Assembly: GCA_951406725.2 (NCBI GenBank)
Contig: OX597831.1
Span: 11,408,001-11,472,000 of the forward strand
Source: Octopus vulgaris
Taxonomy: Eukaryota
Reading direction: 5' to 3'
DNA: 64,000 bases
Of this stretch, positions 42,434-56,974 are shown piece after piece (position 1 is the first letter of the stretch; each line of letters begins with the position of its first letter). The translations under genes were made by a program, and so were the position numbers. Under the pieces are notes generated by a model. It saw only the letters and a program-made list of their open reading frames with translations. It was not told where the DNA came from and searched no databases.

Positions 42434-42668
42434 GGCGGCGAGCTGGGCGAAACGTTAGCGCGCCGGGCGAAATGTGTAGCCGTATTTCGTCTGTCGTTAC
42501 GTTCTGAGTTCAAATTCTGCCGAGGTCGACTTTGCCTTTCATCCTTTCGGGGTCGATAAGTTAAGTACCAGTTACGCACTGGGGTCGATTTAATCGACTT
42601 AATCCCTCTGTCTGTCCTTGTTTGTCCCCTCTGTGTTTAGCCCCTTGTGGGTAGTAAAGAAATAAATA
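42434..42668 (+). mobile_element. SINE family B, full-length reference copy
   Basis: tRNA-like head with B box GAGTTCAAATTC; central GTCGACTTTGCCTTTCATCCTTTCGGGGTCGATAAGTTAAGTACCAG resembling Meta/Sauria-SINE domains; A-rich tail. Confidence 0.85.
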
Positions 42669-42749
42669 TAGAATAGAATGGGATAGCCATGGTTGGAACA
42701 CTTCTATATGCATCACTCTTCACGAGTCCGGGACGGCTCATGCGAAAAA

Positions 42750-42819
42750 AACAACAACAGCATCAACAACAACAACAGCAACAGCAACAACAACAACAAC
42801 AGCAACAACAACAACAGCA

Positions 42820-42854
<35 letters not shown>

Positions 42855-42868
42855 AGCAACAGCAGCAG
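42750..42868. repeat. (CAA/CAG)n
   Basis: Directly visible. Confidence 0.95.
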
Positions 42869-43602
42869 TAATTCAGGATGCATTTGTAGTGAAAACTGCC
42901 AGTGTTGTTGCTTATCTGTCTGACTGCCTGACAGTCTTGCTGGTCGATCTGTCGGCCGGTTAAGCTGGCCGGTTAAGCTGGCCGGTTGGCCGGCTTGCTG
43001 GCTGGATGCCTCGTTGGCTGGCTGGCTGGTTGGACGGTTGGCTGGCTGACAGTGCGCTGGAAGCGACACCGGCTAACATATTTAGCGTTATTGGATAGAT
43101 GTTGCTTTAAATTTCTCGATAAACACATAACGACATAAATATTATATGTAAATAGCGTAGCATTGTTTAAATAGATGGAAACACACACACACGCACACAT
43201 AGCACTGCTCCAACACACATGCATATATATATATACACTGTACACACACCTACACACTCAACGAAGCAGTCGACATCTTTTGTTTCGCCTAATACCATCG
43301 TATATACACAATTACGCTCTGATCTGTCTCTATAAAATTAACGTATCTACATTTGTCAGTCACGTGTTCACACTTAAAAGCAGATTTACTTTCTTTCTCT
43401 TCCCTGCTAACTCGCAAAAACATTCCCTCCTCCTCCTCCTCCTCCTCCCACATCTCACTTAGTCGCCATTTTCCTTTTTCCTATTTTCTTTTCATTCTCC
43501 TCCGCCCATCGCCATTTTCCTATAATTTCTTTTGCCTTTTTCTCTCTCTATTTCTCTCTCTTTTCTCCCTATTTTTCAATCGTTCACTTACTTTCCAGTA
43601 GT

Positions 43603-43687
<85 letters not shown>

Positions 43688-43692
43688 CATCC

Positions 43693-43752
<60 letters not shown>

Positions 43753-43768
43753 GTCTATCTATCTATCA
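43603..43768. repeat. (TATC)n
   Basis: Directly visible. Confidence 0.95.
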
Positions 43769-44374
43769 ATTTGCTTATCTCTATACGAGTAATCAATTTA
43801 TAGATATATAACTACTCACACATACACATACCTATAAACATACATTAAATATATATGCACAACACACATATACACAAACATATATAATTACCACTCTCTC
43901 TTTCTCTCTCGTTCTCCCTCTCTGTCTCTCCCCCTCTCTCTCCCCCTCTCTTTTTATATCGCACTCTCGCTTTATATGTTAACAGACATACATATATGTA
44001 TCTATATACATATATGTACATATATATACATGTACATATATATATACACATACACACACATATATATCATATATATATATACAGATATATATATATGTAT
44101 GTAAATATACACACGCATATACACATATACACTCACATACACACATGTATGTACATATATATATATATATATATATACACAAACACATATTTGGATACAA
44201 AAATTATATACCTTGTTATGTATAAATATTAATATATAGCTATATAAACACACCTTTCTAAAAGCGTATATGTCAGTTTATATTATTTATATATACAAGC
44301 ATAACATTACACATAGGTGTATGTGTATGTGTGTGTACATACACACACATACACACACACACATACACACATAG

Positions 44375-44446
<72 letters not shown>

Positions 44447-44498
44447 TGATAGATACGCTTGTATACATGCAAACATATATGCGTACATACAAACACAT

Positions 44499-44559
<61 letters not shown>

Positions 44560-45050
44560 TGTATGTGTGTATGTATGATTGTATGTACGTATGATGTAGA
44601 AGTGGTTGCGTGTGCGTTCACATAAATATAAAATACTCGCTTATTTTTATATACAACAGTTGCCTTCCCACAATCATGAGCACACTTGCACGTATATACG
44701 TACCCACACAAAAGGTGTGGGGTGTGTGTGTATATATATTTATATATACTTATATATTTGTATGTATGTACCTATATGTATATACATACATACAAGGAGT
44801 GTAAATGCTACTAAAATAGACCGGTTAGCATCAATGTACATCAATGTACACATCCTAGACACATTAATCGATCGTCAGTCATCGATATTTAGTATGATTG
44901 AGGAATCGTATACATTCTATTGGCTTTCGATAAATACACCTGCTTCTGATATCTGGAGAAGAGGAAACGGAGAATCCTAGTCTACGGAATCGGTTATCGA
45001 ATTAGGGTGTAGATATACGCGTTTGTGTGTATGGGAGTATATGTGTGTGT

Positions 45051-45101
<51 letters not shown>

Positions 45102-45349
45102 TGATTGTGTCTTTTTATTCAGTTTCTATTTATACATTTGTGTATGTATAAGTATGTATAAGTATATGTGTGTATGTATAAGAGTATATACGTGTGTACA
45201 AGTGTATGTGAGTGTATGTCGGAAACTAAAACGAAGAAAAAAAGTTATAAACAGCTAAATATATATAGTAATGCACGCTATTTATATTTATACACACGCA
45301 CACACATATGTATGTATATATATTCTTTTTTTTTTTCGTTTATTCTTTT

Positions 45350-45657
45350 ACTTTCGGCGAACAAATGGACCCCAGGACTTATCCTTTGTAAACCTAGTAT
45401 TTATTCCATCCGTCCCTGTTGCCGAACCGCTAATTTACAGAGACGTAAACACACCAATATCGGTTGTCAAGCGATGGTGTGGGGGACAAACACAGACAAA
45501 CAAATACACGCAAAAGACACATATAAATATAAGACGGGGTTATTTCAATTTCCATCAACCAAATCAACTCACAAGTCTTTGGTCAGCTCGTGGGAATGAA
45601 CCCGGAACCATGTGGTTGGTAAGCGAGCTCCTTGCCACACAGCCACTCCTGCGCCTA
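45350..45657 (-). mobile_element. SINE family A, internally deleted
   Basis: ACCCCAGGACTTATCCTTTGTAA...GCCGAACCGCTAA...GGACAAACACAGAC...CACAGCCACTCCTGCGCC. Confidence 0.8.
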
Positions 45658-46214
45658 TATATGTATATTTATACACACACACACACATACACACACACAC
45701 ATATATATATATATACATATATATACATGCATATATATATATATACATATATATACACACATATACATATACATACATATTTATACATACATATATGCAT
45801 ATATATATTTATATATATATACACACAGATATATATATATATATATATATATATTTATGTATATATATATATGCATATATACATATATATGCATATGCAT
45901 GTATGTATGTATGTTTGTATGTATGTATGTATGTATGTATGTATGTATGTATGTATATGGTGATACGGACGAAACATATGAAGTGAAAGGGACACTTCAA
46001 CGTCCCAAAGAATCGATAGGGTGGAATCAGGCCTTTCTCACTTTCACATGGAACCAAAAGTGTCGCAGAGTTTAGACTTTCATATACGCTTTCGGTTTTG
46101 CATTCTGGAATTATATATATATGTATACACACACAACCATACACATAGTTAACATGCATCAATGTAATCTATCGTCTATCTATACGAACATACATACATG
46201 CGTACATAAGTGTG

Positions 46215-46268
<54 letters not shown>

Positions 46269-46473
46269 GAGAGAGAGAGAGAGATACATACATACATATA
46301 TGTATATCTATATACACATATATATATACATGTACATATATGTATATATGTATATGTATATATACATATACATATATACATATATATGTATACATATACA
46401 CCCACATATATATATAATATATATAAATAAATGAGTGTATATATATAGGTATGTATATATACATACATATATG

Positions 46474-46506
<33 letters not shown>

Positions 46507-46510
46507 GTAT

Positions 46511-46542
<32 letters not shown>

Positions 46543-46615
46543 ATATATAGATATATATATATATAGATATAGATATATATATATATATACGTATGTATGC
46601 TTATATACATACACA

Positions 46616-46646
<31 letters not shown>

Positions 46647-46852
46647 AAAGTAAAGATTCAAGTTAATTTAAATGAATTTACTTGAATATGGTACCTAACT
46701 TAGATGCACCAAAAAAACTATACTGTTTTAACAATACAATAATGTGGGGTGATTATAAGCAGAAAGAAGCAACAAGAATGGATAGGTTAAAGCCTGTCCT
46801 TGTATGAAACGATTGTATAAAAACCTATCCATTCTTGTTGCTTCTTTCTCGC

Positions 46853-46905
<53 letters not shown>

Positions 46906-47017
46906 AATGTATGTATGTATAGTAGTATATATGCATGTATGTATGTATATGCATCCATACAACCATGTGCGTGTGAGTGCAGAGCGGACGTTAGGGACAG
47001 AGAAAGAGAAAGGAAGG

Positions 47018-47054
<37 letters not shown>

Positions 47055-47269
47055 TGACTGCGAGGAGCCCATTTATATGTCTATACTCCAAATATCAATG
47101 TCTGTAGTTTCGCGTTAAACTATCATCTAATTTGTTTCTTGCATTCCTACATCCTACATGTTTGTCACGTTTGGATCGCATACCTTGTGTCCACGCAGAA
47201 GGTTTCACTTCTTCACATGATTGGAATGTCCGTGTGTGTGTTTGTGTGTGTGTGTGTGTGTGAGTGTGT

Positions 47270-47342
<73 letters not shown>

Positions 47343-47344
<2 letters not shown>

Positions 47345-47728
47345 TCTTCTTACTCTTTTACTTGTTTCAGCCATTTGACTGCGGCCATGCTGGAGCAAAT
47401 CGACCCCGGGACTTATTCTTTGTAAGCCCAGTACATATTCTATCGGTCTATTTTGCCGAAGCGCTAAGTGAAGGGGACATAAACACACCAGCATCGGTTG
47501 TCAAGCAATGCTAGGGGGACAAACACAGACACACAAACACACACACATATATATATATACATATATACGACAGGCTTCTTTCAGTTTCCGTCTACCAAAT
47601 CCACTCACAAGGCATTGGTTGGCTCGGGGCCATAGCAGAAGACACTTGCTCAAGATGCCACGCAGTGGGACTGAACCCGGAACCATGTGGTTGGTTAGCA
47701 AGCTACTTAACACACAGCCACTCCTGCC
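47343..47728 (-). mobile_element. SINE family A, full length
   Basis: Tail TACTCTTTTACTTGTTTCAG through to head CACAGCCACTCCTGCC. Confidence 0.88.
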
Positions 47729-47729
47729 A

Positions 47730-47826
<97 letters not shown>

Positions 47827-48388
47827 CATCAGTCTGCTTGGGTCTATATATATGTACATAAAATATATACATGCGCACGCTCATACCTATCTTTGTGTGC
47901 GTATTTATACATACACACGCACATGTATATATGTATATATATAGAAACACATCAGTGTTTGAATGTATGTACGTGTGCATTAATGTATCTGTGTGTATGT
48001 ATGTGTACATGCATGTGTGCATTAAACATATACGTACATGAATATATACATACATATATATATATATATGTATAAATACACAGACAGAGACACACAAACA
48101 TATATATATATATGTATACATATTTATATATATGTATATATACTTATATATGTTTTTATACATACATACATATATACATATATATGCATATATATATATA
48201 TTCATACATGTATGTATATTCATATATATACATATATACACACATATATATATATACACACACACATATATATATATACACACACAATATATATACATAT
48301 ATATATACATATATATATATGTATATATATATATATACATATATATATATGTATATATATATATACACACATATATATATATATGCAT

Positions 48389-48449
<61 letters not shown>

Positions 48450-48569
48450 TATGTATTGAGTACCTTATTTACTGTATACCCGGGACCTACATATATATAT
48501 ATATATATATATATCTGTTGTATACTTGTAATTATACATTTATAAACATTTATAAAATAGATTCATAAA

Positions 48570-48700
48570 ATCATGCATCTTTCATCGTAGGCTACCCACT
48601 CAGAATCGGCTATCAATCTACATAGTAATGAATGAATTTGTGAATGTACTATTGTATTCATTAATGCTGAACTTTGATGGAATCTTGCACGTATAATCTT
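48570..48700 (-). mobile_element. Possible highly decayed mariner transposase fragment
   Basis: RFHQSS...HSLLCRLIADSEWVAYD loosely resembles WVPHxL...SLLxR...LITGDEKWVxYD. Confidence 0.3.
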
Positions 48701-49686
48701 TGCATACTGAAATCGGATCGACATCATGAAAGTTACGAAACGGCTGTAATCATATGGATGTCGTTTGAAAATATATATGTTTCTTCTCCTCTCCGCCACT
48801 CCGCATACTCACCCACACACACACACTATCTCTCATCAACGCACGCTCATTCACACACACACGCACACACACACACACACACACGCTCACATAATTAGAG
48901 TTCATTAGATATCTGCACATAAATATGAAAACCGATCTAGAATCCTTTTGTCGAAGACGATATATATATATATACACACACTCACACACATATATTCCAG
49001 TTTCCGCCTCTTCCTGACACTGATGGCATTTAAGGATCGTAAAAGGTCTAGGGCCGATTACTTCCTCTACCAATGTCACCAAACATTGATCTCAGAACTG
49101 AAAAAACCCAGATCTAATACCTTCAAGGCATTCTGTCCGATGCTCTACCGCCTCGTCTATTCTATTAATATTGTCTTTCAATCAACCAGGGAATATCCAG
49201 GAAAGTAAAAGCAGTTTGCCTCTTCAAGATTCGAACTCAGTGCGTTGCGTACTTGAAGAAATTCTGTATTGCAGGAGCTGGGCCAATACGGTGAGGTAAA
49301 GGTAAATAATTATGAACAAAGGTGATTAACTCTAATGAAAAGGAACCAAATGTGTTGCAAAAGTCTTGTACTTGGGAACGGGTAAAGAAAAGTATGACAT
49401 GAAGTTACACTTGAAAAGGAGAGTTGATCGTTACATACAAACACACATACACACACACAAACAAACACACGCACACGAACACACACACGCATATATATAT
49501 ACGTGCGTAAGTAGGCGTGAATGTATATATGTAAATATGTATCCATACCTGTCTATGTCTGTCTATATATATATACGTATATAAAAGAATGTCTGTTTAT
49601 ATATACTAGTATGTGTGTATGTTCGTGTGTGTGTGTATGTTCGTGAGTGTATGTATGTGTTTGTGTGCGTTTGTATGCGATATGTA

Positions 49687-49739
<53 letters not shown>

Positions 49740-49843
49740 GAATGCATGAAGATTATAAAATCGTGTGACGATTATAAAAGTACATCACTCGTTTAATAAG
49801 AATACATACGTACATACATGCATATATATATACACATATGTAT

Positions 49844-49907
<64 letters not shown>

Positions 49908-51011
49908 GTATATATAAAAATATAAGTATATATATGTATATATATATGTAAATATATATATGTATATATATATATATGGGTATATATATATGTATGTAAA
50001 TATATATATCTTTCATTTTCACTTATTTTTCACTTATTTTTTAAGCCCGGTACTTAATCGGTCACTTACTCGCTGGGATTGCGGGAACGTAAACACAGCA
50101 ACACCGATTATCAAGCGGTGGGGTACACACATACCTACATATGTATATATATATATAATGTAGATATATATATATCGTATAAAAGATATACATGATCATA
50201 TATATATATATATATATATTTACACACACATACACATATATAAATATATCTATATATATTTATATATATATAACACAGACGCACACAGACACAGTCACAC
50301 ACATACACACACAATAACATACACACACGCATATATGCTCACAGCTATTTTTCTATGTATCCTTCTTTCTCTCAATGGATGTGTAGGTATATATATATAC
50401 ATATATATATGTGTGTGTGTATATGTGTGTGTGTATGTATATGGTGAGTGTGTTTGTATATGTATACACACGCATATATATATACATGTTCTTTTGCTAG
50501 ATTTAGCTCGCTTTCTCTATTATTTTTTATGCTACAAATGCATAAGTAACTGAAGGACAGATAGGTTTCGGTTATGGCAGCTATTACCGAAAAATGTTTA
50601 ATTAAAAGATATACATACACACACATGTATGTATGTATTTATGTATGTATAGCTCTATGTCCATAGGTACAAATTCCCACACTCGCACACTTGGCTGCAT
50701 GAATACACGATAAAACATAGATATTATTAAGTGTTTCATACATATCTCTGTCGCCTTAGGGAGCTAAGCAGTCATCTTGGTGCATTTTATAAGAGATTGC
50801 CTCGCGGGAAAAAGTAATGTTGGCAGGCAGCTACGATTATTTGACGTAACACAACATAGCGCCGTACATGTGTAAGTCACACACCTTCTGTGATATCACG
50901 TTGGCGATTTATTCCTTGGCAGACGTCAACTAATTAACTGCAACACGTACACACACGACTTCTGGTTTACAGAGATGCAGACGCACTCAACATGTATACA
51001 CAGTAGCACGC

Positions 51012-51117
<106 letters not shown>

Positions 51118-51118
51118 G

Positions 51119-51229
<111 letters not shown>

Positions 51230-51255
51230 AAAAATGAAGTTTGAAAATGCTGCTA

Positions 51256-51301
<46 letters not shown>

Positions 51302-51734
51302 TATATTTATATATGCAAATATAAATATGTATATATTTATATATATGGATGTTTCATGCACGCATGGATGAACAAATACACACATATATATACGCACACA
51401 CATACTCTTTGGGTGATAACAAATTTCGTGAGAGTGCGTGCGTGTGTGTATGTGTGTGTGTGTGTATTTGTATGTTCATTCAAGCAGAAAGTGTTGTATG
51501 GTATTTATATGTAAATAGCTGAGAATGGAAGTGTGAATGTCTGTAAATGTGTATGTATACACGCACACACGTATACACACACATGCGTATACACACACGC
51601 ACATATACATATAGCTATATATATATATACACATATAGCTAAACACCCAGCGATATAGGTAGATAGATAGATAGAGAGGTAGAATTAATAACCATATAAT
51701 ATATGTGCGTGTATTCATATATACATATATATAT

Positions 51735-51795
<61 letters not shown>

Positions 51796-51808
51796 CATAT
51801 ATATATAC

Positions 51809-51859
<51 letters not shown>

Positions 51860-51967
51860 CATACATATATATACACATAATATATATATATATACACACA
51901 TTGACATATATATATATATACTTATATATACAAAGAGACACATACACGCATACCTTTACATATATGA

Positions 51968-52036
<69 letters not shown>

Positions 52037-52037
<1 letters not shown>

Positions 52038-52278
52038 GCTTGACATATACTTAATTGAGAAAGAAAACAAGCTATGGTGGATCATAGATTTAGCATGCCC
52101 AGCTGACAACAAGTTATGCGATCAGGAAGAAAGAAAAGTTGAGAGATATGACAGGTTAGCTTGGGAAGTTAAGCCATTGTGGTCGATGAAAAAGGTAGCA
52201 GTAGTAATAATAATTGTCGGAGCCCTGGGAACAGAGAGTAAAAATCCCGAGAAGTACGTGGCAAAAATAGGGACTGCA
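52037..52278 (+). mobile_element. R4/Dong-clade restriction-like endonuclease (RLE) fragment, 5'-truncated at (AAT)n
   Basis: [26 protein letters not shown]...[17 protein letters not shown]....[11 protein letters not shown] matches the KPDI...IID...K..KY..L...GALG RLE motif; preceded by (AAT)n at 51973-52036. Confidence 0.85.
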
Positions 52279-52585
52279 GAATTTGACCTAAGAACATAGA
52301 CGAAATACCATGAACTCAGAAGATGGACGAAAGACCGCCAAGTTTTCCGCCCAGCGTCTTAACAATTCCGCCATTTCACCGTTTTTAATTGCTTCTAATT
52401 TTAGCTCCAGGTCAATAGTTTTGAGGGGCAGGGTTAAGTCACGTGCCTCAACTCCAATATCTGACACGTTCTATGTTTTATCGACCCTGAAGAAATGAAA
52501 AGCAATATTGAGCTCAGAAGGATTTCCACTGAGAAGGTTAAGAGCCGGACGAAAAACAGCTCGGCTTTTAGTCCGATGTTCTAAA
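52277..52585 (-). mobile_element. Two degraded SINE family B pieces
   Basis: TGAACTCAGAA...GACGAAA; TTTTATCGACCCTGAAGAAATGAAAAGCAA...GAGCCGGACGAAA. Confidence 0.6.
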
Positions 52586-52699
52586 GCAGTGGTTCTCAAC
52601 GGTTTTTTTACCTGCCTTGGTCGGCGCTGACTCCTGTTTGACTCTACTGGAGTCTCAGTGTTCTTTGATTCTTACAAAAATTTTATTTCATTTTTTAAG

Positions 52700-52885
52700 T
52701 TGTGGCTGCGTGGTAAGAAGCTTGCTTCCCAACCACATGGTTCCGGGTTTAGTCCCACTGCGAGGCACCTTAGGCAAGTGTCTTCTACTATAGCCACGGA
52801 TGGACCTAGGCCTTGTGAATGGATTTCGTAGATGGAAACTGAAAGAAGCTCTTCGTATGTATATATGTATATATGTGTATATATG

Positions 52886-52952
<67 letters not shown>

Positions 52953-52979
52953 GCATATATATGTATATATGTATATATG

Positions 52980-53014
<35 letters not shown>

Positions 53015-53327
53015 GTATGTATATACGTATATATATGTATATATGTATATATGTATTTATGTATATATATATATCTGTATATATATGTACGCACATATAT
53101 ATGTATATATAAATATTAATACATATGTGTTTGTATCTGTGTTTGTCCCCTCACCACCGTTTGACGACCGGTGTGAGTGGTTTGTATCCCCCGTAACTTA
53201 GCGGTTCGGAAAAATCGAACGATAGAATAAGCAGCACTTCTTTAAAAAAGAGGAAATACTGGGGTTGATTCATTCGACTAAAAACTTCAAGGCGATGCCC
53301 CAGCATGGCCACAGTCTAGTGATAGAC
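52700..53327 (+). mobile_element. SINE family A, full length with expanded internal (TA/TG)n of about 275 bp
   Basis: Head GTGGCTGCGTGGTAAGAAGCTTGC at 52703; tail CCCCAGCATGGCCACAGTC at about 53298-53316. Confidence 0.85.
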
Positions 53328-53439
53328 TACATGACACTCAGTCCCTTCGGGTATTACATATAAGACATACGTATCTGTGCGGTACTCAGCCACATATACG
53401 ACAATTCAAAGTACTAGGTGGAGCAGCTGGGAGGAGAGG

Positions 53440-53848
<409 letters not shown>

Positions 53849-53896
53849 ATATATATATAAATATACACATACATACATATCTATATATACATATAT

Positions 53897-53928
<32 letters not shown>

Positions 53929-53943
53929 GTTGATATGAGTGTA

Positions 53944-54005
<62 letters not shown>

Positions 54006-54436
54006 TATATGATGCAAATGTCTGTAAGTATGTATATGTGTTTGTGTGTGCGCGTGTGTCTGTGCGTGTCGTGCGTGTAGCATTTCGTTGTTAAGTGTGT
54101 GTATAAACGTTCAACATCCAAACACAAAGACGATATATGCATTCAATTCATTAAATTCCTCACTAATTTCTCACCTTTTTCTTTACAGTTTATATATAAC
54201 GGTAAAATGTAAAATAATGCAATCGGTAGAGCATTGGTCTGTTCTTCAGCGATATTTCGTTACAGCCCTTCATATTTCGTGTCCAACTCACGCCGCGAGC
54301 GACATGGCCGATTATCTCTCTCACCGTCCATTTGATTGTATACTTGATAGCACAACAGAGGGAGAACTGAAGAGTTTTGAGAAACCGATCCCAAGATACA
54401 AGCCGGCACCTTGCTGGTGACTGGTATGAATCTGTA

Positions 54437-54533
<97 letters not shown>

Positions 54534-54568
54534 GAAAGAATGGAGTCGAACGACGATTTAACAAAATT

Positions 54569-54663
54569 CCTTTATTCTCGACACATGTTTCGAAGACTGC
54601 ATATTCTTAATTCCGAAGGAATAAAGGGTGCATTATGCCGTCTTCTCATCAGGAAAAACAAGG
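54569..54663 (-). ncRNA. Type I hammerhead ribozyme (minus-strand copy)
   Basis: Mirror of 54791-54885; CTGATGA = reverse complement of 54646-54652; GUC site = reverse complement of 54580-54582. Confidence 0.8.
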
Positions 54664-54790
54664 AACTTATGTCAGCATCACGACGAACACAAACATTTAG
54701 ATGACTGCCCACACGGAGTTCATTATTACTATGGACTCCGTGTGGGCAGTCATCTAAAAGTTTTTGTTCGTCATGATGCTGACATAAGTT

Positions 54791-54885
54791 CCTTGTCTTT
54801 CCTGATGAGAAGACGGCATAATGCACCCTTTATTCCTTCGGAATTAAGAATATGCAGTCTTCGAAACATGTGTCGAGAATAAAGG
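54791..54885 (+). ncRNA. Type I hammerhead ribozyme (plus-strand copy)
   Basis: Stem I CCTT-gtc-TTTC / GAGA-ata-AAGG; CTGATGA 54802-54808; stem II GAAGAC/GTCTTC extended by GCATA/TATGC; GAAA 54863-54866; stem III AC-ATGT-GT; GUC with predicted cleavage after 54874. Confidence 0.82.
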
Positions 54886-55077
54886 AATTTTGTTAAATCG
54901 TCGTTCGACTCCATTCTTTCATTTATCTATAGTAAAAAAACACACAAATTTCCACTCGAAAGCAGGTGATTTCTGCCCTTGGCAGTTAGCTTCAACCGTG
55001 CTCTCTGACGTAAATTTGCTACCCGAGTATCGGTTAACCGAATTATCCATACTAGGATAATTCATTCAACTACTTAA

Positions 55078-55122
<45 letters not shown>

Positions 55123-55132
55123 AGTATGTATG

Positions 55133-55207
<75 letters not shown>

Positions 55208-55269
55208 ATATGTATGTTTGTATGCATATATATGTATGTATATACATATAATTGATTGCTACTAGCCAC

Positions 55270-55435
55270 TGAACTTTTTCTCATTTTCTCTCCCTGATTA
55301 TTTCTGTGTTCCTTTCTGCTGAAGAGCATAGGCTCGAAACATAAAAGACTTTCTCACTTCTCGAGTGTTAAACTAATACATTTATTTGTTATTTACACAC
55401 CTGTCTTTGTCTTTTGTTTTGTAAATTCCAACTAT
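55270..55435 (+). repeat. Family E copy 2 with minimal hammerhead variant
   Basis: CTTT-CTGCTGA-A-GAGC-ATAG-GCTC-GAAA-CA-TA-AAAG at 55312-55347; colinear with 24425-24578. Confidence 0.65.
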
Positions 55436-55451
55436 ATATATATATGTGTGT

Positions 55452-55488
<37 letters not shown>

Positions 55489-56474
55489 AAGGCACACACA
55501 GAGAAAGGTAGAAAGCAAAACATAGGATGAGAATTTGTAGATAGAATATTTACTTCATCTTACGCGCATTTCATTAACAAGGAAAACATACGAGTGATAT
55601 TCGAACATGCTTATAAGCAGATAGCATTGTCAAATCTTCAGAGATAGCGTTACAGTCATTATTAAATCAAATTTCTTATACTGAACTGCTAACCATCTTG
55701 TTGCACCTACTACCACAACAAGGATTGTTGTTTTTGTTTTGGATATACAGGAATGCACAAGGAATTCTATATACTGTTTATTTTTCTTGCAAATTATATT
55801 CAATTTCCACTGTAGAACACGCTTTCTTAACGATTTCATTGTTAGGGCGTGTGATTATCCGTTCTGGACAGCTTGCTCATTGAATTACTGCAGAATCGCT
55901 TGAGTTTATGTTGTGGCTCTTTCCGTTCCTTAACAAATCTCTAGGACCGTATCTTAAAGGTGTGTCAAAGGCAGACCCACATCTTCCAGTCTTGGTACTG
56001 GTACTTCATTACGAAAAGATTTCAACTTTACTCGAATCTTCTTAAACATCATAACGTCTCGCGCCGATATGCGGCAAAGTCAACACCTCGGATTGCTACA
56101 CTTTGCATTAGCCTCTCACAACCTTATCCATACTAGTCGTTTACTGTTTAACGCCTTCTACTTGGCCGACGCTACACCAAAAAGACTAGTCGAATTCTCT
56201 CAAACGACCTTCACAAATGCTTTTCCAGTCCTATCACTTGTTAGATTCAAGGTAACTGTTCAGATGTGGCATATATGAATAACGAAGGAAGCCAATCGTA
56301 AGATAGTAGAGCTTACAATCTTTTCTGACTGACGTCCAAAGATTCATCCGGTCACCTAAATAACACGTGGCGTTTCATAACTTCAGTATCATTCGTATAA
56401 AGCACACAAAAGCAAGAAAGACACTACCATTAAGTAAGGCTTGATGTTGATGAATAACCAGACGGATATTTTAA

Positions 56475-56652
56475 CTTTTACTAGTTTCAGCCGTTAGACT
56501 GTGGCCGTGTGGTAATAGCTTGGTTTTCAACCACAGGGTTCTGGGTTCAGTCCCACCGCGTAGCACCTTGGGCAAGTGTCTTCTACTATAGCCTCGGGCC
56601 GACCAAAGCCTTGTAAGTGGATTTGGTAGGCGGAAACTGAAAGAAGCCCATC

Positions 56653-56703
<51 letters not shown>

Positions 56704-56744
56704 CATACATACACATATATATATACATAATACATATATATACA

Positions 56745-56800
<56 letters not shown>

Positions 56801-56974
56801 CGTATATGTATATACATACATACATACATACAACGACAGGCTTCTTTCAGTTTTCGTCTACCAAATCTACTCACAAAGCTTTAGTTGGCTCGAGGCTTTA
56901 GAAGACACTTGCCCAAAGTGCCACGTAGTGGGATTGAACCTGGGAGCTTCTTACCACACAGCCACGCCTGTGCC
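56475..56974. mobile_element. Rearranged SINE family A: two 5' halves in inverted orientation around a microsatellite
   Basis: Minus tail stub 56475-56506; plus head 56501-56653; microsatellite 56654-56830; minus head 56834-56974. Confidence 0.85.

Larger units (their letters stand above)
54530..54924. repeat. 395-bp near-perfect palindrome (194-bp arms, 7-nt loop)
   Basis: Arms 54530-54723 and 54731-54924, axis at 54727, five mismatches counted by eye. Confidence 0.95.

Noticed and set aside
42689-42871. Poly-Gln ORF
   Set aside because: Ends at a stop immediately after the repeat; no domain or splice support.
54572-54882. Mirror-image 84-aa ORFs on both strands
   Set aside because: A by-product of the palindrome; no known protein motif.
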